Shown: positions 19,159 through 29,498 of the stretch, one piece after another | Position numbering within the stretch: the stretch's first letter is position 1 | How the letters are laid out: each line of letters begins with the position of its first letter | Assembly (NCBI GenBank): GCA_965279165.1 | Contig: OZ257140.1 | Location: 2,936,167-3,000,166, forward strand | Direction of reading: 5' to 3' | Length of the DNA: 64,000 nucleotides | Origin: Bacteroidia bacterium | GTDB taxonomy: Bacteria; Bacteroidota; Bacteroidia; UKL13-3 | The notes under the pieces: generated by a model | Seen by the model: only the letters and a program-made list of their open reading frames with translations | What the model was told of the DNA's origin: nothing | The model's database searches: none | Position numbers and translations under genes: made by a program

Positions 19159-19467
19159 ATGAAAATAAACATTCAATCCATCCATTTTGATGCCGACCAA
19201 AAGTTACTTGAATTTATCAACCGAAAAATTGAAAAGGTATTGACTTTTTTTGATGATATTAAAAGTGCAGATGTGTACTTGCGGGTTGAAAAGGATAGTG
19301 AAAAAGAAAATAAGACCATAGAAGTAAAATTAAATATCAATGGAAATCCGATTTTTGCTACCGAAAAAAGCAGCACATTTGAAACCGCAACAGATATGAT
19401 TGTAGATAAACTGGTGGCCCAAGTAAAAAAGCACAAAGATAAATTATACGAAAAAGCATCTTCTTAA
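19159..19467 (+). CDS. hpf: ribosome hibernation promoting factor (short HPF/RaiA)
   Basis: 102 aa; MKINIQSIHFDADQKLLEFINRKIEKV ... VYLRVEK matches the sigma-54 modulation/ribosome-associated inhibitor family. Confidence 0.85.
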   Translation: MKINIQSIHFDADQKLLEFINRKIEKVLTFFDDIKSADVYLRVEKDSEKENKTIEVKLNINGNPIFATEKSSTFETATDMIVDKLVAQVKKHKDKLYEKASS

Positions 19468-19488
19468 TAATTGATATTCAAATAGAAA

Positions 19489-19520
19489 GGTCCGGAATAA
19501 TTAATTCCGGACCTTTTTTT
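19489..19520 (+). terminator. rho-independent terminator after hpf
   Basis: ggtccggaat-aatta-attccggacc is a perfect 10-bp stem, followed by ttttttt. Confidence 0.85.
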
Positions 19521-19628
19521 ATACTAAATTTGGTAATGTTCAAATAATCCCCCAACTTCGCGCCCCTGTTACGCTTCCAACATCTCTTTAAATAATTTTA
19601 CAAAAAGTTTGCTTCCTATTTGCATTCA

Positions 19629-19659
19629 TCCTGCAAAACACTACATTTGCAGTCCTTTT
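19629..19659 (+). promoter_or_regulatory. candidate Bacteroidota sigma-A promoter (-33 TTTG / -7 TAnnTTTG) for the tRNA-tuf operon
   Basis: TTTG at 19629-19632 and TACATTTG at 19652-19659 have a 19-nt spacing that matches the Bacteroidetes consensus. It lies ~55 nt upstream of tRNA-Thr. Confidence 0.4.
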
Positions 19660-19712
19660 TTAAGGATAGTGTGGTGTTGGTAGTTCTTTGCAGTGAAAGC
19701 AATATAAAAAAA

Positions 19713-19785
19713 GCCACTTTAGCTCAGCTGGTAGAGCAACTGATTTGTAATCAGTAGGTCGCTGGTTCGATCCCGGCAAGTGGCT
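19713..19785 (+). tRNA. tRNA-Thr (anticodon TGT)
   Basis: I folded the cloverleaf by hand: acceptor gccactt/aagtggc, D-arm gctcagctggtagagc, anticodon stem ctgat/atcag with loop ttTGTaa, T-arm gctgg-ttcgatc-ccggc. Confidence 0.85.
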
Positions 19786-19850
19786 CAGTGGTCTGTTGTG
19801 GTTTGGAAGCCAATCAAGATTTTGAATAAGGTAGTTGCCTTATTTTGAAC

Positions 19851-19933
19851 GGGGAGATACCAAAGTGGCCAACTGGGACGGACTGTAAATCCGTTGTCTT
19901 ACGACTTCAAAGGTTCGAATCCTTTTCTCCCCA
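19851..19933 (+). tRNA. tRNA-Tyr (anticodon GTA), long variable arm
   Basis: Acceptor ggggaga/tctcccc, anticodon stem acgga/tccgt with loop ctGTAaa, a long variable arm, and T-loop ggttcgaatcc. Confidence 0.85.
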
Positions 19934-20059
19934 CATCGTCCACCATAGCTTGGCGAAGGTGGACAACAAAGCAACCCGGGTTGCTGATAATATTGCTTTC
20001 AAACGGAATTGGATTTCGGGAAAGTAAAATCATCTTGGTTAAACCCAAGGTAAAAAAAT

Positions 20060-20132
20060 GCGAGAGTAGCTCAGTTGGTAGAGCGACAGCCTTCCAAGCT
20101 GTAGGTCGCGGGTTCGAGCCTCGTCTCTCGCT
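20060..20132 (+). tRNA. tRNA-Gly (anticodon TCC)
   Basis: Acceptor gcgagag/ctctcgc, anticodon stem acagc/gctgt with loop ctTCCaa, and T-loop ttcgagc. Confidence 0.85.
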
Positions 20133-20207
20133 CGAAATGATAGGACATTGGACTTGGTCATTGGTGCATTACCAATGACCAATCGCCATTGACCAATGAC
20201 TTAAAAA

Positions 20208-20507
20208 GCCGTTGTAGCTCAGTGGTAGAGCATCCGCCGGTTGGCGGAGAAGAGGTTGAGAAGATAGGAAGTGAAGAAATAAGCCGTTGTAGCTCAGTGG
20301 TAGAGCATCCGCCGGTTGGCGGAGAAGAGGTTGAGAAGATAGGAAGTGAAGAAATAAGCCGTTGTAGCTCAGTGGTAGAGCATCCGCCGGTTGGCGGAGA
20401 AGAGGTTGAGAAGATAGGAAGTGAAGAAATAAGCCGTTGTAGCTCAGTGGTAGAGCATCCGCCGGTTGGCGGAGAAGAGGTTGAGAAGATAGGAAGTGAA
20501 GAAATAA
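20208..20507 (+). repeat. tandem array of four identical 75-bp units, each a 3'-truncated tRNA-Thr(GGT) copy with the anticodon arm replaced by a perfect GC hairpin
   Basis: The unit gccgttgtagctcagtggtagagca|tccgccggttggcgga|gaagaggttgagaagataggaagtgaagaaataa starts at 20208, 20283, 20358 and 20433. Its first 25 nt equal the 5' acceptor strand and D-arm of the tRNA at 20508. The next segment is a 6-bp/4-nt hairpin (tccgcc ggtt ggcgga), and the tail is purine-rich. The T-arm and 3' acceptor strand are absent. All three frames are open on both strands, so the ORF-track entries here are artefacts. Confidence 0.85.
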
Positions 20508-20579
<72 letters not shown>

Positions 20580-20837
20580 CAAGTAGTTGGGGAAGAAGGT
20601 CAAGGGTACTTCCGATTAATATCGGAACCGAAAGCTTTCAAGTTCTTTCAACCACAAAGATTTGGAAGGAAAAATAGCAAGTATAGGTGAATAAGGTTGC
20701 TATTTCGGTCAAAAAACTATACAAAGGGTGTAGTTAACGTGAGGAGAGAAGGGTTAATAAAGCAGAAACTAAAATGCAATCGATTAACCAATGAAAAAGG
20801 AAACTCAATATAAATAAAACATAAAAATTAAATCAGT

Positions 20838-22025
20838 ATGGCAAAAGAAAAATTCGACCGCAGCAAACCGCACGTAAATATCGGTACTATCGGTCACGTT
20901 GATCACGGGAAAACTACCTTAACAGCTGCTATTACAAAAGTATTATCAGATGCAGGTCTTTCTGAGGCACGTTCATTTGAATCTATTGACTCTGCGCCGG
21001 AAGAAAAAGAGCGTGGTATCACTATTAACACTGCTCACGTAGAGTATTCAACAGCAAGCCGTCACTACGCACACGTAGATTGCCCGGGTCACGCGGATTA
21101 TGTAAAAAACATGGTAACAGGTGCTGCCCAAATGGATGGCGCTATACTTGTTGTTGCATCAACAGACGGACCTATGCCGCAAACACGTGAGCATATCCTT
21201 TTGGCTCGCCAGGTTGGAGTTCCTCGTATCGTTGTATTCATGAATAAAGTGGATATGGTTGACGACGAAGAATTATTAGAAATCGTTGAAATGGAAATCC
21301 GTGATTTGTTAAGCAAATACGAATTCCCTGGACAAGAAATTCCTATTATCCGTGGATCTGCCTTAGGTGGATTAAACGGAGAAGCTAAATGGGTTGAGAA
21401 AATCATGGAATTGATGAATGCAGTAGATACTTACATTCCGGTTCCTCCTCGTGCAACTGAACTTCCTTTCTTGATGCCGGTAGAAGATGTGTTCTCGATT
21501 ACAGGTCGTGGAACTGTTGCTACAGGACGTATCGAGCGCGGAATCATCAACTCTAACGAAGGTGTTGAAATCATCGGTCTAGGTGCTGAAAAATTAACAT
21601 CAACGGTAACAGGTGTTGAAATGTTCCGCAAAATTCTTGACCGTGGTGAAGCTGGAGATAATGTTGGTTTATTGTTACGTGGTATTGAAAAAGAAGCTAT
21701 CCGTAGAGGGATGGTTATTTGCAAACCGGGTTCAGTAACACCGCATACAAAATTCAAAGCTGAAATTTACGTATTGTCAAAAGACGAAGGTGGACGTCAC
21801 ACTCCGTTCTTTAACAAATACCGTCCACAGTTCTATTTCCGTACTACAGACGTAACTGGCGAAACCCAATTACCTGAAGGAATGGAAATGGTTATGCCTG
21901 GTGATAACGTTACGATTACTGTGCAGTTAATCGCACCAATCGCAATGGAGAAAAACTTACGTTTCGCTATCCGTGAAGGTGGTAGAACAGTAGGTGCCGG
22001 ACAGGTAACTGAAATTTTAGACTAA
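20838..22025 (+). CDS. tuf: translation elongation factor Tu
   Basis: 395 aa with [18 protein letters not shown] and NKVD GTPase motifs and the canonical EF-Tu sequence throughout. Confidence 0.97.
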   Translation: MAKEKFDRSKPHVNIGTIGHVDHGKTTLTAAITKVLSDAGLSEARSFESIDSAPEEKERGITINTAHVEYSTASRHYAHVDCPGHADYVKNMVTGAAQMDGAILVVASTDGPMPQTREHILLARQVGVPRIVVFMNKVDMVDDEELLEIVEMEIRDLLSKYEFPGQEIPIIRGSALGGLNGEAKWVEKIMELMNAVDTYIPVPPRATELPFLMPVEDVFSITGRGTVATGRIERGIINSNEGVEIIGLGAEKLTSTVTGVEMFRKILDRGEAGDNVGLLLRGIEKEAIRRGMVICKPGSVTPHTKFKAEIYVLSKDEGGRHTPFFNKYRPQFYFRTTDVTGETQLPEGMEMVMPGDNVTITVQLIAPIAMEKNLRFAIREGGRTVGAGQVTEILD

Positions 22026-22088
22026 TCATAGTTTAAGTAGATACTGAATGTTGGGTAATTTGATTATCCAACATTTGGTGTCTCATAA

Positions 22089-22322
22089 ACGAGTGTAGTT
22101 CAAGGGTAGAATAGTCCCGCACGTGCGGGATTGATGGGAGTTCGGTAGAGGAAAAAATTGATGTTGGTTTTAAAAGTTGAATAATGAAAAAGTTAAAACC
22201 AATAAACGAGTGTAGTTCAAGGGTAGAATAGTCCCGCACGTGCGGGATTGATGGGAGTTCGGTAGAGAAAAAAATTGATATTGGTTTTAAAAGTTGAATA
22301 ATGAAAAAGTTAAAACCAATAA
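22089..22322 (+). repeat. two tandem 117-bp units, each a 3'-truncated tRNA-Trp copy with the anticodon arm replaced by a palindromic GC hairpin
   Basis: Units start at 22089 and 22206 and differ at 2 positions. Each is acgagtgtagttcaagggtagaata (= the tRNA-Trp 5' acceptor strand and D-arm), then gtcccgcacgtgcgggat (cccgcacgtgcggg is a perfect palindrome), then tgatgggagttcgg (variable loop and 5' T-stem), then an AT-rich tail containing the 10-bp hairpin ttggttttaa...ttaaaaccaa. The ORF-track entry 22033-22431 (-) is an artefact of this. Confidence 0.85.
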
Positions 22323-22393
22323 ACGAGTGTAGTTCAAGGGTAGAATAGCGGTCTCCAAAACCGTTGATGGGAGTTCGAATCTCTCCACTCGTG
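22323..22393 (+). tRNA. tRNA-Trp (anticodon CCA)
   Basis: Acceptor acgagtg/cactcgt, anticodon stem gcggt/accgt with loop ctCCAaa, and T-arm gggag-ttcgaat-ctctc. It sits between tuf and secE, the conserved position. Confidence 0.85.
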
Positions 22394-22459
22394 CAAAAGT
22401 AACTTGGGAGTTCGAATGGCATCAATAGCAAGGAGTTCGCCCATGTAATTGCAAAAGCA

Positions 22460-22657
22460 ATGAATAAAATAAGAGAATATATAAAATTATCTACGGATGA
22501 GCTTGTTAATAAAGTAACATGGCCTACCTGGGAAGACCTTCAGGAAAGTACCATCATTGTGATGATTGCTTCCTTGTTAATTGCCCTTGTAATCTATGTA
22601 ATTGATATAATAAGCAGCGGATCACTGGGTTTTTATTACCAACTGTTCCAAAGCTAA
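22460..22657 (+). CDS. secE: preprotein translocase subunit SecE
   Basis: 65 aa; the N-terminus YIKLSTDELVNKVTWPTWEDLQESTIIV is followed by a single TM helix. It occupies the conserved position between tRNA-Trp and nusG. Confidence 0.85.
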   Translation: MNKIREYIKLSTDELVNKVTWPTWEDLQESTIIVMIASLLIALVIYVIDIISSGSLGFYYQLFQS

Positions 22658-22664
22658 GATTAAG

Positions 22665-23222
22665 ATGGAAACGAATACAACACAGGATCAATTTAAATGG
22701 TACGTAGTGCGTGCAATAACCGGACAAGAAAAGAAGGTGAAAGCACAAATCGAATCTGAACTCGAGCGATTGGGTTTATTGAAGCATGTACCACAAATAT
22801 TGATTCCTACGGAGAAGGTTTACCAGATTAAAAATGGTAAGAAAACTACAAAGGAGAAAAGTTATCTGCCGGGATATATACTAATTCAGGCGGAATTGTC
22901 GGGTGAAGTGCCGCATACTATTGCTTCTATTAATGGAGTAGTTGGATTTTTAGGCGGTAAGGATATGCCTACTCCTTTGCGTCAGGCAGAAGTGAGTAGA
23001 ATTCTTGGTAATGTAGATGATATCTCTACACAAGGAGAAACAATGGTTGAGCCTTTCATCCTGAATGAACCGGTTAAGGTAATCGACGGTCCATTCAGCG
23101 GGTTTAGTGGAGTGATAGAAGAAGTGATGGAAGACAAAAAGAAATTAAAGGTAATGGTAAAAATCTTCGGAAGAAGAACCCCGCTTGAATTGAATTTCAT
23201 GCAGGTTGAAAAAGAAAGTTAA
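22665..23222 (+). CDS. nusG: transcription termination/antitermination factor NusG
   Basis: An NGN domain (KWYVVRAITGQEKKV) and a C-terminal KOW (VIDGPFSGFSGVIEEV) are present, in the conserved gene order. Confidence 0.92.
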   Translation: METNTTQDQFKWYVVRAITGQEKKVKAQIESELERLGLLKHVPQILIPTEKVYQIKNGKKTTKEKSYLPGYILIQAELSGEVPHTIASINGVVGFLGGKDMPTPLRQAEVSRILGNVDDISTQGETMVEPFILNEPVKVIDGPFSGFSGVIEEVMEDKKKLKVMVKIFGRRTPLELNFMQVEKES

Positions 23223-23270
23223 AAGAAAAGACAAATAGTTCGCCTTGGGTGGACATAAAAAACAAGAGTT

Positions 23271-23711
23271 ATGGCTAAAGAATTAACAGGATTTATTAAA
23301 TTACAGATTAAAGGCGGCGCAGCTAATCCGGCACCTCCAATCGGACCTGCATTGGGTTCAAAAGGGGTTAATATCATGGAATTTTGCAAGCAGTTTAATG
23401 CGCGCACCCAAGATAAAGGCGGAAAAGTATTGCCTGTTGTAATCTCCGTATACAGCGATAAATCTTTTGATTTTGTAATCAAAACACCTCCTGTTGCATC
23501 CCAATTACTGGAAGCAGCTAAGGTTCAGAAAGGTTCTGCTGAATCGAACCGTAAAAAAGCGGGTTCGGTAACCTGGGAACAGGTGAAGAAAATTGCAGAA
23601 GATAAAATGCAAGACATGAATTGCTTTAAGGTAGAATCAGCCATGAAAATGGTAGCAGGTTCTGCTCGTAGCATGGGTATCACAGTTACGGGTGATGCTC
23701 CGGTGAATTAA
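23271..23711 (+). CDS. rplK: 50S ribosomal protein L11
   Basis: [34 protein letters not shown] is the canonical L11 sequence. Confidence 0.95.
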   Translation: MAKELTGFIKLQIKGGAANPAPPIGPALGSKGVNIMEFCKQFNARTQDKGGKVLPVVISVYSDKSFDFVIKTPPVASQLLEAAKVQKGSAESNRKKAGSVTWEQVKKIAEDKMQDMNCFKVESAMKMVAGSARSMGITVTGDAPVN

Positions 23712-23729
23712 TATAATAATAAAGACACA

Positions 23730-24428
23730 ATGACCAGAATAACAAAGAAAAGAAAAGCGGTGATAGGCAAGGTAGATGTTGCAAAGCAATATGCCCTGAC
23801 CGAAGCTTCTAAACTGGTGAAGGAAATTACCTACACAAAATTTGATTCGTCGGTAGACATCGATATCCGTTTGGGTGTTGATCCTAAGAAGGCAAATCAA
23901 ATGGTACGTGGCGTGGTATCTCTTCCTCACGGAACAGGTAAAGATGTAAAGGTATTGGCTCTGGTAACTCCGGAGAAAGAAGCCGAAGCAAAAGAAGCAG
24001 GAGCTGATTTTGTAGGATTGGATGAATACATCGAAAAAATATCCAAAGGTTGGACCGATATCGACATCATTGTTACCCAGCCTAACGTAATGGCTAAACT
24101 GGGTAAATTGGGTAAAATACTCGGACCTCGTAACTTGATGCCAAATCCTAAATCAGGTACCGTTACCCTCGAAATTGGTAAAGTAGTACGTGAAGTAAAG
24201 GCCGGGAAAATCGACTTTAAAGTAGATAAAGAAGGCGCTATCCATACTTCTATCGGAAAAGCATCGTTTGCCCCTGAAAAGTTATACGACAATGCGGTTG
24301 AGTTAATTCAAACCATTGTTAAACTTAAGCCTTCATCAGCTAAAGGAACTTATCTTAAAGGTGTAAGCATTTCAAGTACCATGAGTCCGGGAATTTCAGT
24401 TGACACTAAATCTGTTCCAGGCATTTAA
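23730..24428 (+). CDS. rplA: 50S ribosomal protein L1
   Basis: 232 aa with conserved L1 sequence (VDVAKQYAL ... [15 protein letters not shown]). Confidence 0.95.
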   Translation: MTRITKKRKAVIGKVDVAKQYALTEASKLVKEITYTKFDSSVDIDIRLGVDPKKANQMVRGVVSLPHGTGKDVKVLALVTPEKEAEAKEAGADFVGLDEYIEKISKGWTDIDIIVTQPNVMAKLGKLGKILGPRNLMPNPKSGTVTLEIGKVVREVKAGKIDFKVDKEGAIHTSIGKASFAPEKLYDNAVELIQTIVKLKPSSAKGTYLKGVSISSTMSPGISVDTKSVPGI

Positions 24429-24439
24429 AAAATACCCTT

Positions 24440-24973
24440 ATGAATAAAGTAGAAAAAGGAGCAATTATAGAGCAACTCACTCAGAAGCTGAATGAGTACA
24501 AATTCATCTATTTAACGGATGTATCAAGCTTAAATGCAAAGAAAACAAGTGACCTGAGAAGGGCGTTTTTTAAAGATGGTATCAAAATGGAAGTAGCAAA
24601 AAATACTTTGATTGAAAAAGCCATACAAAAAACAGATAGAGATTTTGGTGGATTAGTAGATACATTAACCGGAAATACCGCTTTGTTATTTGCTCAAGAC
24701 AGCAAATCACCTGCAAAAATTATTAAAGCATTCCGTAAAGATAGCAAAGACCCTCAACCTAAACCTCAATTAAAAGGAGCATTAATCGATACCGATATTT
24801 TTATTGGCGATAACCAATTGGATGCTCTGATTTCATTGAAATCGAAAAACGAATTAATCGGTGATATCATCGGATTATTACAATCACCAGCTCAAAATGT
24901 TATTTCAGCATTACAAAGCAGCGGTGGAAAACTTGCAGGTATCGTTAAAACATTAAGCGAAAAGCCTGAATAA
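24440..24973 (+). CDS. rplJ: 50S ribosomal protein L10
   Basis: 177 aa with L10 family features, located between rplA and rplL. Confidence 0.9.
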   Translation: MNKVEKGAIIEQLTQKLNEYKFIYLTDVSSLNAKKTSDLRRAFFKDGIKMEVAKNTLIEKAIQKTDRDFGGLVDTLTGNTALLFAQDSKSPAKIIKAFRKDSKDPQPKPQLKGALIDTDIFIGDNQLDALISLKSKNELIGDIIGLLQSPAQNVISALQSSGGKLAGIVKTLSEKPE

Positions 24974-25019
24974 AATTTAACAATTCAATAAAAACAATAA
25001 CAATTAAAACCCTAAAATT

Positions 25020-25397
25020 ATGTCAGATTTAAAAGCGTTTGCTGAACAACTAGTAAGCTTGTCAGTAAAAGATGTAAATGAGTTAGCTAAAATCCTTAAA
25101 GATGAATACGGTATCGAACCCGCAGCAGCAGCAGTAGCAGTAGCAGCAGCACCGGCAGGTGGTGGAGCAGCAGCAGCTGAAGAGAAAACTTCATTTGATG
25201 TTATCTTGAAAAGTGCAGGACAACAAAAATTAAACGTGGTAAAAATCGTTAAAGATTTAACCGGTTTAGGATTAAAAGAAGCTAAAGAATTGGTTGATGG
25301 AGCTCCAAAACCAATTAAAGAAGGCGTTGATAAAGCAACTGCTGAAGACCTTAAAGCTAAGCTTACTGAAGCAGGAGCAGAGGTTGAAGTTAAGTAA
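25020..25397 (+). CDS. rplL: 50S ribosomal protein L7/L12
   Basis: An Ala/Pro-rich hinge ([23 protein letters not shown]) and the C-terminal domain [28 protein letters not shown] are present. Confidence 0.95.
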   Translation: MSDLKAFAEQLVSLSVKDVNELAKILKDEYGIEPAAAAVAVAAAPAGGGAAAAEEKTSFDVILKSAGQQKLNVVKIVKDLTGLGLKEAKELVDGAPKPIKEGVDKATAEDLKAKLTEAGAEVEVK

Positions 25398-25421
25398 TTT
25401 GCTTCAATACACATTTAGGAA

Positions 25422-25457
25422 TTTGACCCCGGTTTTACCGAGGGTCAATTTTCTATT
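25422..25457 (+). terminator. hairpin plus T-run after rplL (terminator/attenuator 1)
   Basis: ttgaccc-cggttttaccga-gggtcaa is a 7-bp stem, followed by ttttctattt. Confidence 0.55.
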
Positions 25458-25503
25458 TATGTAAACCGAGGTTTTGTCAGCCAGCTGGCTGATGATACCC
25501 AAC

Positions 25504-25532
25504 CACCTGTGCGCAGGTGTTTTTGAATTTTT
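25504..25532 (+). terminator. rplL-rpoB intergenic attenuator/terminator 2
   Basis: cacctgtgcgcaggtg is a perfect palindrome, followed by tttttgaattttt. A partial terminator between rplL and rpoB is a conserved bacterial feature. A further palindrome cagccagctggctg lies at 25479-25492. Confidence 0.65.
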
Positions 25533-25589
25533 AAAAAGACCGGTCCGATGACCGGTTAGTTCAGGTCAAAATCATTAAAAAACAACATC

Positions 25590-28500
25590 TTGGCTAAAAA
25601 GAACATATTAACAGACGAAAGAATAAACTTTTCCTCTGTAAAGAAAGTGATCGATTATCCGGATTTTCTGGATGTTCAAATCGAATCATTCAAAGAATTT
25701 TTTCAATTAGATACCACATCCGAAAGTCGCGAAAATGAAGGCTTGTATAAAGTTTTTCAAGAAAATTTCCCGATCAGCGATACCAGAAACATATTTGTGC
25801 TGGAATTCTTGGATTATTTTGTGGATCCGCCACGTTATTCCATCGACGAATGTATCGAACGTGGATTAACTTACAGCGTACCTTTAAAGGCAAAATTAAA
25901 ACTGTCGTGTAACGATCCGGAACACGAAGATTTTCAAACCATCGTTCAGGATGTATACTTGGGAACTATCCCGTATATGACACCTAGCGGAACTTTTTGT
26001 ATCAATGGTGCAGAAAGGGTTATCGTTTCCCAATTACACCGTTCACCAGGTGTATTCTTTGGTCAGTCTTACCATACCAACGGAACCAAGTTGTATTCGG
26101 CCCGTGTTATCCCTTTTAAAGGATCATGGATTGAATTTGCAACTGACGTTAATAACGTAATGTATGCGTATATTGATCGTAAAAAGAAATTCCCTGTTAC
26201 AACCCTGCTTCGTGCAATTGGTTACGAAACAGATAAAGAAATTTTGAATCTGTTCGACCTTGCCGAGGAAATTAAAGTAAGTAAATCCGGTTTGAAGAAA
26301 GTTGTGGAGCGTAAGCTTGCTGCAAGGGTTCTTAAAACTTGGGTGGAAGACTTTGTGGATGAGGATACAGGTGAAGTGGTTTCCATCGAAAGAAATGAAG
26401 TAATCATCGAACGCGATACCGTGTTGGAAGATGAACACATTGACTTGATTCTGGAAGCAGATGTTAAAACAATATTATTACATAAAAATGAAGCAAGTCA
26501 AAACGACTTTGCTATCATTTTAAATACCTTACAAAAGGATACAGCAAATACCGGAAAAGAGGCGCATGAACATATTTATCGCCAATTGCGTAATGCAGAT
26601 CCACCGGATGAAGAAACAGCAAAAGGAGTTATCGATAAATTATTTTTCTCCGATAAACGCTATGATTTAGGTGAAGTAGGAAGATACCGTATCAATCGCA
26701 AATTGGAACGAAATGTTTCTAGCGAGGTTCGCGTATTAACCAAAGATGATATCGTTGCTATCATAAAATATCTTATCGAATTATCTAATTCGCGTGCAGA
26801 TGTGGATGATATTGACCACTTAAGTAACCGTCGTGTACGTACTGTTGGCGAACAATTGTATTCACAGTTTGGTGTAGGACTTGCCCGTATGGCTCGTACC
26901 ATCCGCGAACGTATGAATATCCGCGACAACGAAGTGTTTACACCGGCAGATTTGATCAATGCCAAAACGTTGTCTTCTGTAATTAACTCTTTCTTTGGAA
27001 CCAACCAATTATCCCAGTTTATGGATCAAACCAATCCATTGGCTGAGATTACACATAAGCGCCGTATGTCGGCACTTGGTCCCGGTGGTCTTTCCCGCGA
27101 GAGAGCAGGATTTGAGGTGCGCGACGTTCATTATACCCATTATGGACGTTTATGTACTATCGAAACTCCGGAAGGTCCGAATATCGGTTTGATTTCTTCT
27201 CTGTGCGTTCATGCTAAAATTAATGGCATGGGATTCATTGAAACTCCTTATTTAAAGGTTGACAATGGAAAAGTTCAGGTAAATACTCCTGTTACGTATT
27301 TAAGTGCAGAAGATGAAGATGGAAAAACCATCGCACAATCTAATGCCGTTTACGACGAAAAAGGAAACTTTAAAGACGATAAAATTAAGGCACGTTTCGA
27401 AGGCGATTTTCCGATGTTAGAACCGGAAAAAATCGACTTTATGGATATTGCTCCTAATCAAATTGTATCGATTGCAGCGTCAATGATTCCATTCTTGGAA
27501 CATAACGATGCGAATCGTGCTTTGATGGGTTCGAATATGCAACGCCAGGCAGTTCCTTTGTTGCGTCCGCAAGCACCAATTGTTGGTACCGGACTGGAAG
27601 GTAAAATTGCACGTGATTCGCGTACCTTAGTTGTTGCAGAAGGAAAAGGTGTGGTAGATTATGTTGATGCAAACCGTATTACCATTCGCTACGAACAATC
27701 GGAATCCGATAAACTGGTAAGTTTCGGAAACGATATGAAAACGTATAACCTGATTAAGTTCCGTAGAACCAACCAAAATACCTGTATCAACTTAAAGCCT
27801 ATTGTTAGCAGAGGCGAATCGGTTGAAAAAGGTCAAGTACTTTGTGAAGGTTATGGAACAGAAGGTGGAGAATTGGCTTTGGGTCGCAATTTAAAAGTAG
27901 CATTCATGCCTTGGCAAGGATTTAACTTTGAGGATGCGATTGTAATTTCTGAAAAAGTTGCCAAAGAAGATATTTTTACCTCTATACATGTTACCGAATA
28001 CGAATTGGAAGTTCGTGATACCAAGCGTGGTGAGGAAGAATTAACCAACGATATTCCTAATGTAAGTGAAGATGCAACTAAAAATCTCGACGAAAACGGA
28101 TTGATACGCATTGGATGTGAAGTTGGAGAAGGTGATATCTTAATTGGTAAAATTACCCCTAAAGGAGAAACTGAACCATCTCCGGAAGAGAAATTGTTAC
28201 GTGCCATTTTTGGAGACAAAGCCGGCGATGTGAAAGATGCTTCATTAAAGGCACCTCCATCATCATCCGGTGTAGTAATCGAAAAGAAATTATTTGCACG
28301 TACCAAAAAGGAAAAAGCCGCAAAAGCAGAGGACAAAACCAAAATTGCCAAACTTTCTGACGAAAACGAAAAGAATATCAAAGCAATTAAAGGACAATTA
28401 GCCGAAAAATTATTTACTGTTTTATCGGGTAAAACATCCCAAGGTGTGTTCAATGTATACAACGAAGAGTTAATTCCAAAGGGAACCAAATTTACTTTGA

Positions 28501-29405
28501 AGAATTTACTGGAAATGGATTACGACCATATCAATGCGAATAACTGGACTACCGACGCAGAGAAGAACGAAATGGTTAGACAAATTCTTTCTAATTATAA
28601 AAACAGATTAAACCAAGAGATTGCTGATTTCCGCCGCAAGGAATATGCTATAACTGTAGGTGATGAATTACCAACCGGTATTCTGAAACTGGCAAAAGTA
28701 TATATCGCCAACAAGCGTAAGTTGAAAGTGGGTGATAAGATGGCCGGTCGTCACGGAAACAAGGGAATTGTGGCACGTATCGTTCGCGAGGAAGATCTTC
28801 CGTTCCAGGAAGATGGTACTCCGGTTGATATCGTGTTAAATCCATTGGGTGTGCCTTCGCGTATGAACTTGGGTCAGATTTATGAAACTGTTTTAGGATG
28901 GGCCGGAAAAGAATTAGGGTTGAAATTTGCAACTCCGATTTTTGATGGTGCTTCTGAGGAACAAGTATTAGAATATTGCCGTCAAGCAGGAATTCCTGAA
29001 TACGGTAAAACCTATTTATACGATGGTTTATCGGGTGAGCGTTTTGACCAACCGGTTACGGTAGGGGTTATTTATATGCTTAAACTAGGACATATGGTGG
29101 ATGATAAGATGCATGCGCGTTCGATCGGACCTTATTCATTAATTACGCAACAACCATTGGGTGGTAAAGCCCAGTTTGGAGGTCAGCGTTTTGGTGAGAT
29201 GGAGGTTTGGGCACTCGAAGCGTTTGGTGCAGCTAATATCTTACAGGAAATCCTAACCATTAAGTCGGATGATATTATTGGACGTGCCAAAACGTATGAG
29301 GCAATCGTAAAAGGCGATAACCTTCCACAACCTGGTATTCCGGAATCGTTCAATGTATTGGTACATGAATTAAGAGGTTTAGGTTTAGATTTAACATTGG
29401 AATAA
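25590..29405 (+). CDS. rpoB: DNA-directed RNA polymerase subunit beta
   Basis: 1271 aa with canonical RpoB sequence throughout (e.g. the rifampicin cluster region [33 protein letters not shown]). The longest ORF uses a TTG at 25590 and there is no nearby in-frame ATG, so the exact start codon is uncertain. Confidence 0.95.
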   Translation: MAKKNILTDERINFSSVKKVIDYPDFLDVQIESFKEFFQLDTTSESRENEGLYKVFQENFPISDTRNIFVLEFLDYFVDPPRYSIDECIERGLTYSVPLKAKLKLSCNDPEHEDFQTIVQDVYLGTIPYMTPSGTFCINGAERVIVSQLHRSPGVFFGQSYHTNGTKLYSARVIPFKGSWIEFATDVNNVMYAYIDRKKKFPVTTLLRAIGYETDKEILNLFDLAEEIKVSKSGLKKVVERKLAARVLKTWVEDFVDEDTGEVVSIERNEVIIERDTVLEDEHIDLILEADVKTILLHKNEASQNDFAIILNTLQKDTANTGKEAHEHIYRQLRNADPPDEETAKGVIDKLFFSDKRYDLGEVGRYRINRKLERNVSSEVRVLTKDDIVAIIKYLIELSNSRADVDDIDHLSNRRVRTVGEQLYSQFGVGLARMARTIRERMNIRDNEVFTPADLINAKTLSSVINSFFGTNQLSQFMDQTNPLAEITHKRRMSALGPGGLSRERAGFEVRDVHYTHYGRLCTIETPEGPNIGLISSLCVHAKINGMGFIETPYLKVDNGKVQVNTPVTYLSAEDEDGKTIAQSNAVYDEKGNFKDDKIKARFEGDFPMLEPEKIDFMDIAPNQIVSIAASMIPFLEHNDANRALMGSNMQRQAVPLLRPQAPIVGTGLEGKIARDSRTLVVAEGKGVVDYVDANRITIRYEQSESDKLVSFGNDMKTYNLIKFRRTNQNTCINLKPIVSRGESVEKGQVLCEGYGTEGGELALGRNLKVAFMPWQGFNFEDAIVISEKVAKEDIFTSIHVTEYELEVRDTKRGEEELTNDIPNVSEDATKNLDENGLIRIGCEVGEGDILIGKITPKGETEPSPEEKLLRAIFGDKAGDVKDASLKAPPSSSGVVIEKKLFARTKKEKAAKAEDKTKIAKLSDENEKNIKAIKGQLAEKLFTVLSGKTSQGVFNVYNEELIPKGTKFTLKNLLEMDYDHINANNWTTDAEKNEMVRQILSNYKNRLNQEIADFRRKEYAITVGDELPTGILKLAKVYIANKRKLKVGDKMAGRHGNKGIVARIVREEDLPFQEDGTPVDIVLNPLGVPSRMNLGQIYETVLGWAGKELGLKFATPIFDGASEEQVLEYCRQAGIPEYGKTYLYDGLSGERFDQPVTVGVIYMLKLGHMVDDKMHARSIGPYSLITQQPLGGKAQFGGQRFGEMEVWALEAFGAANILQEILTIKSDDIIGRAKTYEAIVKGDNLPQPGIPESFNVLVHELRGLGLDLTLE

Positions 29406-29498
29406 AAGTTATTGCGTTATCGGAAATCAACTTATTTAAAACAATAATCTGAAACCCTTTAACAGTAACTATTAACCCATAACTAATAACAAAGCAAA

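Noticed and set aside
19845-20178. Plus-strand ORFs 19845-20027 and 19894-20178.
   Set aside because: They overlap tRNA-Tyr and tRNA-Gly and are not coding.
22033-22431. A 132-aa minus-strand ORF lies between tuf and secE.
   Set aside because: It spans the two tRNA-Trp pseudo-units and the real tRNA-Trp, and its repetitive protein is an artefact of the 117-bp tandem repeat.
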